Assembly: GCA_951406725.2 (NCBI GenBank) | Contig: OX597824.1 | Span: forward strand, 86,614,001 to 86,678,000 | Source of the DNA: Octopus vulgaris | Taxonomy: Eukaryota | Direction of reading: 5' to 3' | Length of the DNA: 64,000 nucleotides | Part shown: in pieces, positions 13,747 to 26,404 of the stretch | Position numbering within the stretch: position 1 is the stretch's first letter | Layout: the number at the start of each line of letters is the position of its first letter | The notes under the pieces: model-generated | Database searches by the model: none | The model's input: the letters and a program-made list of their open reading frames with translations, nothing else | What the model was told of the DNA's origin: nothing | Translations under genes and position numbers: made by a program

Positions 13747-14099
13747 CCACAGGTTTTTAATTCAATTATTTGGTGTCTCTAAAGTGGCTATCATAAAAGA
13801 GAATCCATTACATTTTTTAAGAAGTCAAGATACCTTTGTATATTGAAAGAGAGCTCTTTTGTGCATGATTGCTTCTTCTTGTATTGACTAATACTTGCCC
13901 TTCCTAGCAGCCCCCCACCCAATATTTAGTGGGCCCGGGGTAACTGCTCCCTTCACACCCCTACATATCCAGCCCTGACACCAAATATAACAATATCTGC
14001 TTCAACACATTACACATCAGGAATCTTGCAAAACAAAAAGGTTGAGTACATTCTCCAGTATATATAACTTTTGCTCTATGGTTATAATGTCTCTCTTGA

Positions 14100-14698
14100 A
14101 GGTGGCGAGCTGGTAGAAATGTTAGCGCACCGGGCGAAATGCTTAGCAGTATTTCGTCTGCCGTTACGTTCTGAGTTCAAATTCCGCTGAAGTCGACTTT
14201 GCCTTTCATCCTTTCGAGGTCGATTAAATAAGTACCAGTTACGCACTGGGGTCGATATAATCGACTTAATCCATTTGCCTGTCCTTGTTTGTCCTCTCTG
14301 TGTTTAGCCCCTTGTGGGTAGTAAACAAATAGATATTTTGTCTGCCGTTACGTTCTGAGTTTAAATTCCGCCGAGGTTGACTTTGCCTTTCATCCTTTCG
14401 GGGTTGATAAATAAAGTACCAGTTACGCACTGGGGTCGATGTAATCGACTTAATCCCTTCGTCTGTCCTTGTTTGTCTCCTCTATGTTTAGCCCCTTGTG
14501 GGTAGTAAAGAAATAGACATTTTGTCTGCCGTTACGTTCTGAGTTCAAATTCCGCTGAAGTTGACTTTGCCTTTCATCCTTTCGGGGTTGATAAATTAAG
14601 TACCAGTTATGCACTGGGGTCGATGTAATCGACTTAATCCCTTTGTCTGTCCTTGTTTGTCTCCTCTATGTTTAGCCCCTTGTGGGCAGTAAAGAAAT
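14100..14698 (+). mobile_element. Family A SINE with one head and three tandem bodies of about 183 bp
   Basis: The body from tttgtctgccgttacg to gtaaagaaata is repeated three times. Confidence 0.85.
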
Positions 14699-14861
14699 AT
14701 ATAATGTCTCTCTTGGTTTACTATGTAATCTTGCATACCATTATATAACGTGTTGCATGTTAATTCGTCGAAACAATGCAAGAAACAAACTCTTGAAATA
14801 ACAGGGAGACTTTATACAGTGGACCAAAGAGGTATATCACGGATTCTGGTGGCTGTATAGT

Positions 14862-15450
14862 TCATGCATTGTTTGGATTTTCACTAATGTGCTCTTTGGA
14901 TTGTTTGCTAATTTTGCTGTTGATAAAGTCGACCTCAGCGTTCAAGTAAGCATCATTAAGATTTTTCTTGGCAGTTATGAGTTGGATTTTCAGTGACTGG
15001 GATGGAGAACGGTGGTCAGCCTGTAATGATAAGATCTGGTCATCAAATCTAAGTAGAGATTTCAAACTTGAAATCTTCAAAGCCACAGTTGAACCAATTC
15101 TACTCTATGGCTCAGAAACCTGGACGCTATCAAAGAAGCTTGAGAGGCGGTTGGATGGAACTTACACTTGCTTCCTTATGAGAGCTCAAAATCTCTCATC
15201 GAAGCATCATCCAACCAAAATACAAATATATGGGAAACTACCACCTGTATCATCTCTTGTGAAAGGTAGAAGAATCCAGTTTGCTGGACATTGTTGTAGA
15301 GCTGAAAATGAGGTAATTTCTACTCTTTTCCTCTGGAAGCCATCTGCTCGCATTACCAGATGGTGCCACACTCTTCTACCCTGATGTAATCTCCAGGGAT
15401 ACAGGCATCCGGCAACAGGACATCTGTAATGCTATGATGGACCGTGAAGT
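14862..15450 (+). mobile_element. RTE-clade LINE 3' fragment with inverted 5' segment
   Basis: KIWSSNLSRDFKLEIFKATVEPILLYGSETWTL...FAGHC is the typical RTE post-RT region. Confidence 0.85.
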
Positions 15451-16747
15451 CCATCATAGTCTGGTGTAACATAATAAATGATGATGATTGTTTGGATAAT
15501 TCAGTTCTGGCTGTTGTTGATTACATGTGCTTTGTTATAACAGCAGGAAAAATATAATGACTCATCTTCCTGAAAATTCCCTCGCCCCTCTTTCGTAGAG
15601 GTTTTGTTAACTTGATATATATATGCAGACATAAGCTGCAGCAATATTGATTGGTTGAAATTGCCGAAATGCAAGAAAATAAACAACAAATATCTTACAA
15701 ACTACAAAATTTTCTCAATAAAGCCAAGAGAAAAAGATGTTTTATAAACAGGTTTTTCCAGTATACGAAGTTTTAAAATGTTTAGTTACAAAGAAATTAT
15801 TTTAAAAGTCTGCCGGTCAAAGTGAAAAGATCCTAATATTGAAAATACAAATGCTTTGAGTTGTTTGCAAATCTTGAATCTATTCTGTAGATAATAAATT
15901 CATCTGAGAGTGAGTACTAAAGAAAGACGGTAATAAAAATCTAGGTGGATACAAAGAGTAACAGTTGTGTTGTTGCATGCATAACAGGTCATACTTGAAG
16001 TGAGGAAGAAAGCTGTGCTCTTCAGCTTGGCACCGAGTGACCAAAGAGAAAGAGCTGGCTTTTGATTGCATATTTATATTCTTCATAACTAAATAAGGTC
16101 AAAGCAAAACAAAGGATTTTTCCTCTCTAATCATCCCTGACCAGTGTTTGAGATAATTTCATTCTCATAAATTTCCTGGAACAAAAGGCTAGAACAATAG
16201 ACCAAGGACTCACAGGAAACTGTGGATTCAGTTTCAAATCCTGGTTCAGAAATTAATTAGCTGTTCACTGCATTCTGTTTATTAATTTTGCTTCTTTGCT
16301 TTTTTTTGCTTTTTTGTAGGAAAAGAAACTTTCCCAGAGTGCAGTTTGGTGAGAGTGAACCCAGAATGTGTTTATGATGGGAACTTGTTAACCATAGAGC
16401 CATAGTTGGGTATCACAAGAGAAATAATCTATCATTACTTGGATTAGTGGGTCTTATTAAATTTCTTCTGACCTCTTGAAGTTTTTCAAATCTTCACCAG
16501 ATTATTTTCCCAAAATGTATTTCTGATGTAGTTTCTATGTTGATGATGAAAATGGATTCATTTTTCAAGAAATCAATAAGAATTTGCAAGTGTTGAAAGT
16601 TATGTAATTTTAAGCAAACTAAGAAGTCCATTAACTTGAAACTACCTGCATCAGACAATATAAAGATGAGAGAGAAAGTATACTTGAACATTTTTATTTC
16701 CATTTCAGAGCCAAAAAAATATTCTAATTTTATATCAAGATTTTTGA

Positions 16748-17125
16748 TCTCTCTCTATATAAAGCTGAAGTTGTCTGTGTATGGCAGGTTTGGTAGCCTT
16801 CAACTAACACTATCTCCTCTGAGACCCTGCGGCGCTTGTTGACCAAAATTGAGAGTATGATAGAAGGCTTGCTCTTCCTTCCGTAGAAGAAAAAAAATTC
16901 AAATCGGACCATGTTAACACCAAAAAGATGCAGTTTTTCTAAGAAGATCCCTATTTTTTAATGATTTTTTGACTGCTGTGTCGCCATTTTTCGGTGTATT
17001 TCAACCAGAAAAAATGTTCACTTAAAGAGAATAACAAGCTACATAATGCAAAAATTTTTACTTTTCAAAAATTCCAATTCTAAAGGGTCGAAACAAACCC
17101 GAGCAACGCCGGGCGATACTGCTAG
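16748..17125 (+). mobile_element. Non-autonomous Helitron
   Basis: A|TC start, GC-rich hairpin CCCGAGCAACGCCGGG, CTAG|T end. A partial 3' copy lies at about 54360-54561. Confidence 0.8.
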
Positions 17126-17519
17126 TAATAAATAAAAATCATAGTAATAAGTGGTGAACTCTTCTGTAACAGACAACAGATTTGGGTTCTGCAAATGGAA
17201 TAGATCCCAAACTTGCGATCGTGTGTGCGACAGACAAAGCATATAAAAAAAAAAGCCTTAGCAAAAAAACACGTGCTTTTAGCAGAAATGTATTATCGTT
17301 TAGATATGGGCCATGTGACAGTCAATAAGCATTTCCGAAACTATGGATTAACTATTTGTTCTGATTATTATGCCGCAAATATTGAATACATTCGAACGAT
17401 ATATAAACCTCATAATTTATTATATTGCTGGCTATTTAATAAACATGTCGGTTTCAACGTATTATCGAATATTTGCCATCAATACCGATACTATTATACG
17501 GCTGAGAATCTGTTATCCA

Positions 17520-17532
17520 CCTTTTCCTCTCT
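17520..17532 (+). promoter_or_regulatory. Polypyrimidine TCT/5'TOP-like start motif of eIF3k
   Basis: CCTTTTCCTCTCT starts about 22 nt before the ATG. TCT/TOP starts are typical of translation-machinery genes. Confidence 0.55.
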
Positions 17533-17542
17533 GTCGGTGAAA

Positions 17543-17595
17543 ATGGCGGAGGCTATGCGAGCGACCGTGGCTTCACTTTTAAAAGGAATTGACAG
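17543..17595 (+). CDS. EIF3K: eIF3 subunit K exon 1 (MAEAMRATVASLLKGIDR)
   Basis: Matches the eIF3k N-terminus (LLKGIDRYNP). AAAATGG start context, AG|gtaaa donor. Confidence 0.96.
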
Positions 17596-20500
17596 GTAAA
17601 TATACCTTCGTTATTGTTTTGTCGTTGAAATAACAGAGGGGAAAGAAGTTGGGCGATAATTGAGTTTATTCCTCTGGCTTCACTTTCGTCTATCAGCTGC
17701 CAGTATGATCTCATTTGGTGGCAGTATTTTGGATTTTTATTAAAATAGTTGGCGATCCTACGGTATAGGTACCGTAAGTGGCTTTCTTTACATTTCTGAA
17801 GATAACAGAAACCCTTTTTTCCAACCCCTAACCCTCCATATATATATATAAAAAACCACTTTCTTGAAGTGTATCCGGTACTTCCGATACCTATACCGAA
17901 GTTACGCCAAATAGTTTGTTAGTGTCCGTCTTTGAGTAAATAATTTACGATCCTTCGGTATAGGTACCGTAAGTGGCTTTCTTTACATTTCTGAAGATAA
18001 CAGAAACCCTTTTCTCGCACCCCTAACCCTCCATATATATATTAAAAAAAACCCACTTTCTTGAAGTATTTCCGGTACCTATACCGAAGTTACGCCAAAT
18101 AGTTTTGTTAGTGTCCGTCTTTGAATAAATAATTTACTTTTTAGAATTTTGTTTGTTTGTTTTTTGATAATTTGGCTTGCAAAACAACATCAGGAAAAGG
18201 ACCTGCGTAACTTTGGTATTGGTACCGGAAGTACAGGATACATTTCAAGAAAGCATTTATATATATATATATATATATGGGGGGGGGGGTTAGGGGTGGA
18301 AGAAAAGGGTTTCTGGTATCTTCGGAAATGTAAACAAAGCCAATACTGGTGTACACACGCACATACATATATATGTGTGTGTATCACACCCCCGTCTATA
18401 CGAGATGTTTTCTCAAGACGTTTACTATAGTGTTGCAGCTTTCTACAATGTATCCACGTTAAGTTAGATATACAGAATGCTATTATGAACCAATACTGCT
18501 TTCCGTTACTAATAACACACACACATATATGATGCCAAACATGAAAGCAGGTGTTGAGACAAACTCTAGGATAGTCGGAAAATGAAATCATATAATAACT
18601 TTAGATATTATTGTGCCATATGTCACATTTCATCAGATATACTTAAATTATAATTTTTTCCCCTAAATACTATATGTATTGAATTACGTACATGTCATTA
18701 AGTAAAACATCAGTTTGTAATATTGGTTTCTATTTCCAGCACTTTTTGGGGTTTTTTGCTATTACCTTACATTTCAATGAAAAAAGTGGCTTGGGGTTGA
18801 GTGGAACATATCTGAAATATATATGTATTTATGTATTTTTGCTATATGTATATAAATCCTTTTAGGAATTTTACATTGATTTTGTTTCATTTTGAAGTGC
18901 TGGATATTATGTTGGGTCAAGGGTAAGGATCCAAGAGAATGTCTCTATTTGCTGTGTAAAGGTAGTGATAATCAAAGAGTTTTCAACGATATTTAATGGC
19001 ATGATATTGCTCAAACCCACTTACTCAGTCCTTCATTTAGAGTTTATACTAATCATCATCATTGTTTAACGTCCGTTTTCCGCGCTAGCACGGGTTGGAC
19101 AGTTCGACCGGGGTCTGGGGAGCCAGGAGGCTGCACCAGGCTCCAGTCTGATCTGGCAATGTTTCTACAGCTAGATGCCCTTCCTAACGCCAACCACTCC
19201 ATGAGTGTAGTGGGTGCTTTTTATGTGCCACCGGCACAGAAGCCAGTTGAGGCGGCGCTGGCATTGGCCACGTTCGGATAGTGCTTTTTATGTGCCACCG
19301 TCACAGAAGCCAGTCGAGGCGGTGCTGGCATCGGCCACGTTCGGATGGTGCTTTTTATGTGCCACCGGCACGGTGCTGGCATCGGCCACGTTCGCACGAT
19401 GGCCAAGTGGTTAAAGCGTTGGATTTAAGTCACTAATGTTGTTACCATTAAAACTGCTCACCATCAACATCATTTACCATCCACTTCTCCTGGTCTGATA
19501 GAATTTGTTGAGGCAGATTTTCTGTAGCTTGATGCTTTCCCTGTCGCAAGGTTAAATTTCCCTATGGCCAGACATCTCTTTTCATGGAACACTGGAAACG
19601 AACAGCATTGTACGATGATGATGATGCTCATTCACAATGATCGCATGATGTCTAGACTATGTTACATGCAAGTACACACACGTATATACATAACAGACTT
19701 CTTTCAGTTTCCATCTAAGATATTCACTCAACAGGCTTTGGTTGGCCCAGAGATATAGTGGAAGACACTCGATCAAGGTGCTGTGTAGTGGGACTGAACC
19801 CAAGACCACATGATTGGGAAGCAAGCTTCACAGCCACCTCCACACCTCCAGTCTGAAAAATCAGAATGCTAACTAGTCCAGTGAAGTGCCAACATCATGC
19901 AACGAATCTAAATTGCATTATTAGTCTTGAGGTGGTGAGCTGGCAGAGTCATTAGCATGCTGGGCAAAATTCCTAGTAACGTTTTGTCTGTCTTTACATT
20001 CTGAGTTCAAATTCCACTGGGGTTGACTTTGCCTTTCATCCTTTCAGGGTTGATAAATTAAGTACTAGTGAAACACTGGGATTGATCTAATTAACTAGCC
20101 CCCTCCCCCAAATTTTCAGGCCTTGTGCATTTAGTAGAAAGGATTATTAATCTTAATCCATCCATTTCAGTTTTTATGCTTTGGAACAAGTTATCCCAAA
20201 ATAGTACATTATCATCATCGTTTAACATCCGCTTTCCATGCTAGCATGGGTTGGACGGTTTGACTGTGGACTGGCGAACCAGATGGCTGCACCAGGCTCC
20301 AATCTAATCTGGTAGTTTCTACAGCTGGATGCCCTTCCTAACACCAACCACTCCGAGAGTGAAGTAGGTGCTTTTACATGCCACCGGCACGGGGTCCAGT
20401 CAGGTGGTACTGGCAACGACCTCACTCGAATTTTTTCTTTTTCTTTTACACATGTCAACGGCACAGGTACCAGTAAGGCGATGCTGGTAACGATCCCGCT

Positions 20501-20663
20501 CGAATGGTGCCTCCTACATCCCACCGGCACGGAAGCCAGTTAGCCGCTCTGGCAACGATCACGCTCAGTAGATCTTTTTTAATTCAAAGGGTTTTCATTT
20601 AGTTACAATCCCCCAAAAAGTTATGTTATTTGTTAATGTTTTTAAAAATATCTTTCCTTGCAG

Positions 20664-20762
20664 ATATAACCCTGACAATTTAACAACATTGGAGCAATAT
20701 GTTAAAATGCAGGTTGATGAAAATACATACGATTTGGAAGCAAATTTAGCTGTCTTAAAATT
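20664..20762 (+). CDS. EIF3K: eIF3k exon 2 ([33 protein letters not shown])
   Basis: ttgcag acceptor, gtaagt donor, phase consistent, conserved [12 protein letters not shown]. Confidence 0.97.
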
Positions 20763-20808
20763 GTAAGTCTGCAAGTTTGTTTTCTCAACAATATAAAGTA
20801 TATTTTAA

Positions 20809-21517
20809 CCCTTTTGTTACCATATTTCTATTGAATTGATCTGTGTTTCTTACAATTAATTTTAACCCTTTTGTTACCAACCCGGCTGAAACCGCCTCTG
20901 GCTCTATTGTACAAATGTCTTGTTTTTAAAAGTTTTGAATTAAAATCTTCCACCAAACCTTAGTCACATTTTATGTTCCTACCACTAGCTTAATGATAAC
21001 TAAGTTATTTTACTAAATTCTTTGTTATGTTTAAAATTAATTTTAAGAAACACAGAGCTTCTCAACAGAAATATGGTAATGAAAGGGTTAAACATCTAAC
21101 AACTTTTGTCTTGTAAAGATTTTGGTATTGTACATGCATTTGATAATCTTCATTTTCCTCTGGCTCTGGAGTACAAATGTCTTGTTTCCATAAGTTTTGA
21201 ATTAAAATCTTCCACCAAACCTTAATCACAATTTATGTTCCTAACACTAGCTGAATGATAACTAAGTTATTTTACTAAATTCTTTGTTATATTTAAAATT
21301 AATTTTAAGAAACACAGAGCATCTCAACAGAAATACAGTAACAAAAGGGTTAAATATAACAAAGAATTTAGTGAAATAACTTTAGTTGTCATTAAGCTAG
21401 TGTTAGGAACATAAATTGTGACTAAGGTTTGGTGGAAGATTTTAATTCAGAACTTTTGAAAGCAAGATATTTGCATGATAGCCTGATGCAGTTTCAGGCA
21501 CATTGGTATCAAAAGGG
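20809..21517. mobile_element. Nested cluster of piggyBac-type MITE family E2
   Basis: The outer copy is split at an internal TTAA by inverted copies (20866-21087, about 21157-21349). Termini are TTAA|CCCTTT..AAAGGG|TTAA. Confidence 0.85.
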
Positions 21518-21580
21518 TTAAAAAGAACTTTGAAAAGTTCATAGTTATTGTTTTCATGCCTTGTGCCTATAGTAGAAAGG

Positions 21581-21618
<38 letters not shown>

Positions 21619-22040
21619 CAAGGTGGCAAACTGGCCGAATCGTTAGCAGACCAGGCAAAATGCTTAGTATTTTGTCTGTCACTTCATTCAAATTCCTTTG
21701 AGGTTGACTTTGCCTTTCATCCTTTTGAGGTGGATAAATTAAGTACCAGTTGAGTACTGGGGTCGATCTAATTGACTGGCTCCTTCTTGCTAAATTTCAC
21801 ATCTTGTGCCTATAGTAGAAAAGATTATTATTGTGAGCTGGCAGACTTGATAGCACGCTGGGCAAAACGCTCAATGGTATTTTGTCTGCTTTTACGTTTT
21901 GTGTTCAAATTCTGCTGAGGTCAACTTCGCCTTTCTGCCTTTCAGCATCAATGAAAAGAGTACCAGTCAACTACTGGGGTCCATGTAATTGACTTACCCA
22001 CTCCTCACAAATTTCAGATCATGTGCCTATAGTAGAAAGG

Positions 22041-22391
22041 GTAGCAAGTTTATTGAAAGGTGGGTGAATGTCGCAAGAATGGCCAGTATGAACGGACCAA
22101 TTCTGAAGATACAACTGTGAAAAAATGGAAATATAGAAGGAGAAAGGGGCTCTCTACCCCACTTTTGACCAGGCTCCCGTGGCTTTTATGGGCTTTTCCA
22201 CGAGTAACCTTTCGAAGCGCCTCCCCCTATTGGGAGTTTTAATTGTTACTTATATTTCCTTGTTATCCTGCTTTTGTACATGGACTTTTTTCAAACGAAC
22301 AAAACCCTTTGTAACTTTCGTCCTGTGTTTTGTCCCCTTATGTTTTAATTGATTTTTGTTAGCCCTTGTGGCCAATAAACGAACGAACGAA
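22041..22391 (+). mobile_element. LINE 3' end (Tx1/L1-like) with 3' UTR
   Basis: KFIERWVNVARMASMNGPILKIQL* followed by a UTR ending AGCCCTTGTGGCCAATAAACGAACGAACGAA. Confidence 0.6.
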
Positions 22392-22475
22392 TTATTATTA
22401 TTAAGTTGGAAAGCTAGTGGAGTCATTAGCACATTGTCGTTATTAATATAATCTATTATTATTTCTAATTTTCAG

Positions 22476-22596
22476 GTACCAGTTTAATCCAGGAAATTAT
22501 AACGAGTCAGTGGCAATATATATTTTGTTGAAGGGATTGACCAACTTACCCCATACTGATTTCAACCTATGCCATTGCTTCCTTAGTGCAAAAAAT
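22476..22596 (+). CDS. EIF3K: eIF3k exon 3 (YQFNPGNYNESVAIYILLKGLTNLPHTDFNLCHCFLSAKN)
   Basis: tttcag acceptor, conserved YQFNP and LTNLPHTDF, ends at the U12-type donor gtatcctt. Confidence 0.97.
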
Positions 22597-23083
22597 GTAT
22601 CCTTAACACAAACCACTGTACAGTTTTTCTGTTCTTTGTTTTTATTATTATTCGTTTTTTTCTGTTGAAACAGGTAATAGTGGTCTTCTTTTCAGATATA
22701 CACTTGCATCATTTCATTGCTTCCATATATAATTATTTGCCACTGGTTGTGGTTGGGAAGCAAGCTTCTTACCACACAGCCACGTCTGCAGCTACAAAGA
22801 ATAAAGATCCTTCCTGAGTCATAGGCTCATAGGATCAGTTATCCAGTTTCTATGGCATATAAGTGGCCGAGATCACCACTGTCAGTCCATTGCAGGATTA
22901 CTCACTTTTGCGAGCTGAGTGGACGGGAGCAATGTGAAAAAAGTGTTTTGGTTAAGAGCATAATGCATACAGGAATTGAACCCACAATATTATGGTCAAA
23001 GTACAACACACTAACCACTAAGCCATGCATCTCCACAATACTATTCATTGAGACTGATTATGTTTTACTAGTTAGTACTGTGT

Positions 23084-23381
23084 GGAGGTGCAGTGGCCCA
23101 GTGGTTAGGGCAGCGGACTCGTGGTCGGAGGATCATGGTTTTGATTCCCAGACCGGGCGTTGTGTGTTTTTATTGAGCGAAAACACCTAAAGCTCCACGA
23201 GGCTCCAGCAGAGTGGTGGTGACCCCTTTTGCACTCTTTCGCCCCAACTTTCTCTCTTTTTTCCTGTTTCTTGAGTAATGCTGCGATGGACTGGCGTCCT
23301 GTCCAGCTGGGGAGAACACAGAAACCAGGAAACTGGGCCCATAAGCCTGGCTAGGATTGAAAAAGGCGCATAGAAGAATAA
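23084..23381 (+). mobile_element. Family D-related SINE with 12-bp TSD
   Basis: TSD TTAGTACTGTGT at 23072-23083 and 23382-23393. Confidence 0.85.
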
Positions 23382-24028
23382 TTAGTACTGTGTTAGATGT
23401 GATACACGATGCAGTTTTTCTTTTCAAAAACATCGCAAAATATCACCCTGGGCCCCATATGCAAAGTTTAGTTTCCCCATAAGCTTTGATGTGCTAAAAT
23501 CATTTTCTCTTGAATCTGTGCCGGTGGCACATAAAAAGCGCCCACTACGCTCTTCGAGTGGTTGGCGTTAGGAAGGGCATGCAGTTGTAGAAACATTGCC
23601 AGATCAGATTGGAGTCTGGTGTAGCCATCTGGTTCGTCAAACCGTCCAACTCATGGAAAACAGATGTTAAACGATGATGATGATGTACTGCTGAAATTGG
23701 GCTGCATCTAATATGAATCTGTTATGCCATAAAAAGCACATGCAGGTGCTTGGTTTAGTAGTTAGGAGTAATCAGCTGTCAATCGTAAGGTTTTTGAGTT
23801 CAATTCCTGGCAGTGTGTTGTGTTCTTGAGCAAGACACTTTATTTCATGTTGTCTCCAGTTTACTCAGCTGGCAAAAATGAGTTGTACTTGTAATTCAAA
23901 GGGGCCAGCCTTGTCACGTTCTGTGTCATGCTGAGTCTCCCTGAGGACTACGTTAAGGGTATGCACATCTGTGGAATACTCAGCCACTTGCATGTTAATT
24001 TCACAAGCAGGCTGTTCCATTGATCAGA

Positions 24029-24329
24029 GGTGGAGGCACATGGCCTAGTGGTTAGAGCAGTGGACTCGCGGTCAAGGAATCGCGGGTTCGAATCTCAAAC
24101 CGGGCGATGTGTGTGTTTATGAGCAAAACACCTAAGTTCCACATGGCTCCGGCAGAAGGTAATGGCGAACTTCTGCTGACTCTTTCGCCACAACTTTCTC
24201 TCACTCTTTCCTCCTGCATCTTGCAGCTCACCTGCGACGGACTGGCGTCCCGTCCAGGTGGGGAACCTATACGCCAAGGAAACCAGGAGACCAGCTCTTA
24301 TGAGCCAGGCATGGCTTGAGAAGGAACAA
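24029..24329 (+). mobile_element. Family D SINE nested in an older CORE-like SINE (about 23745-24380)
   Basis: TSD ATTGATCAGA at 24019-24028 and 24330-24339. Confidence 0.85.
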
Positions 24330-24531
24330 ATTGATCAGATCGACTGGAACCCTTGTCGTCATAACCGATGGAGTGCTATGCCATAAAATACAATAAATTA
24401 TCTATCATGTTCAAAGCCACAGTTTGAAAATTTAAAATATAATTGGTTTATTATAAAAATAAAAAAAAGAAGGAATTTTGTTTTTACAAGTCGTGTTTTA
24501 TTAATGATTATTTCCTTGACTTGAATTTTAG

Positions 24532-24606
24532 CTAAGTTCTGAAGAAGTACAAAAAGTGTTCTTTTTAGCTGATCTTTTGGAGAAGTGCCAGTTTAAGACT
24601 TTTTGG
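24532..24606 (+). CDS. EIF3K: eIF3k exon 4 (LSSEEVQKVFFLADLLEKCQFKTFW)
   Basis: Conserved LxDLLExCxFxxFW, 75 nt, phase 0/0, gtaact donor. Confidence 0.95.
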
Positions 24607-25145
24607 GTAACTTAAGTGTTTATACTCTTACTTTTTTACTTGTTTCAGTCATTTGACTGTGGCCATGCTCGAGCACTGCCATTAGTCGAGCAAATTGTAA
24701 AGAATCTTGCAAACCAAATCCAAAAACGAAATGTATGTGTGTGTTAGTGCATGGGGCAAATTTCAAACCCTGACCAAGGTCCATTAGATGAGTTGTGGGT
24801 AGTTTCTTGTAGCCTTCAGTCTAAAACTAATTTATCAAGTGTGTGCCATGTCACCACCGTCATAGAAAAGATGTAATGTTATGATAAATAAATAAGCTTC
24901 AACAAAGATATAGCTTACTTCAGGCCACATTTGGAATATGGCTGCACTCTTAGGGTGGGGGAAACAGTTATCATTTAGTTCTCATGCACTAAAAAAATTG
25001 GGTTAAAAAAAATTCTGGAAAAAGTTCATAATATACACGAATACAATAACATCTTGTTAATGTTTAATACTAACGTAAAATGGATTAGAATTTTGAACAA
25101 ATTCTAACTAATTTTAAAATAATTCCTTTGGAATTGTATTTTCAG

Positions 25146-25224
25146 AGTTACTGGCAATCATTGTCAGATGACCTACCACACATGGTATATGATGTTGTTG
25201 GATTTGAAGACTCGATCAGAAAAT
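25146..25224 (+). CDS. EIF3K: eIF3k exon 5 (SYWQSLSDDLPHMVYDVVGFEDSIRK)
   Basis: Conserved GFEDSIRK, tttcag / gtaagt boundaries. Confidence 0.95.
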
Positions 25225-25270
25225 GTAAGTTTTTTCTTTCTTTCTCTAAATTTAACTACACACCCTTTAA

Positions 25271-25763
25271 CCCTTTCGTTACTATATTTATTTTGAGATG
25301 CTTTGTGTTTCTTTCAATTAATTTTAAATATAACAAAGAATTTAGTAAAATAACTTGGTTATCATTCAGCTAGTGTTAGGAACATAAATTGTGACTAAGG
25401 TTTGGTGAAAGATTTTAATTTAAAATTTATGCAAACAAGACATTTGTACCTCAGAGCCGGTTTCAGCCGGGTTGGTATCAAAAGGGTTAAGGTGACACCA
25501 TCACTAGTGCCTTCTACATGGCACCAGCATGAGTGCTTTTAACCCCCTTGTTCCCATATTTCTGTTGAGATGCTCTGTGTTTCTTTCAATTAATTTTTAA
25601 TATAACAAAGAATTTAGTAAAATAACTTAGTTATCATTGAGCTGGTGTTAGAAACATAAATTGTGACTAAGGTTTGGTGGAAGATTTTAATTCAGAACTT
25701 TTGAAAACAAGGCATTTGTACTCAGAGCCAGAGGGGGTTTCAGCCAGGTTGGTAACGAAAGGG
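25271..25763 (+). mobile_element. Two tandem E2 MITEs (25271-25486, 25543-25763)
   Basis: TTAA TSDs and CCC/GGG termini. Further copies at 34692-34900 and 35041-35247. Confidence 0.85.
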
Positions 25764-25841
25764 TTAAAATGAGGTAAGAGTTTGCAACAGCCATATTTTT
25801 GTGGCTTATGTTTATGATTGTTTTTGTTTTAATAATGTTAA

Positions 25842-26078
25842 TCAATATCCTATAAAGCTGAAATGCGAAAAAGTTGTTTGATTTCTTGGTTATTTGTCTC
25901 ATTTTGGGGTGGGAACTGTTTAAGGGGCGGTAGATGGGGGTCGGATTGGCGCCAAAATTTACAGTGGGGGGTAAAATGGGGTGGGCAATGGTGTGAGGAG
26001 GGTAGCAAGTCGCTCGGTGCTACTGTTTGGTTGCCATCACTACCAAAACCCGAGCAAAGCATGGGTCGAAATAGCTAG
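25842..26078 (+). mobile_element. Non-autonomous Helitron
   Basis: A|TC..TATAAAGCTGAA start, CCCGAGCAAAGCATGGG hairpin, CTAG|T end. Confidence 0.7.
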
Positions 26079-26404
26079 TCTACCTATTAAAAGCAGATTT
26101 ATCAGTTAAGGTGTTGTACTGATGGTCGTTAGATCACAGGTTTGATTCCCAGGCCAGATAGTGCATTGTGTTCTTGAGCAAAGCATTTCATTTCACGTTG
26201 TTCTGTAATCATTTCAACATCTGATGTGTGGCACACTTGTGCACATGTACAGGCACTTTCGATTTCATGGTGTGAGTGTGCTTATGTGCAACACATACAT
26301 TTGATCACTATAAGCAAATCATTTGAGCAGTTCATTCAGCAAAAACTGAACACGTATACATCGCTAATGGAAGTTTAAAAAAAGTAATTCCTTTACATAC
26401 AAGG

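Larger units (their letters stand above)
22597..24531 (+). other. U12-type (minor spliceosome) GT-AG intron, eIF3k intron 3
   Basis: 5' splice site GTATCCTT. Branch site TTCCTTGAC at 24512-24520, about 11 nt before the intron end, with no long polypyrimidine tract. Confidence 0.92.

Noticed and set aside
17213-17542. Upstream part of ORF 17213-17599
   Set aside because: Only the last 18 codons match eIF3k; the rest is promoter-region sequence.
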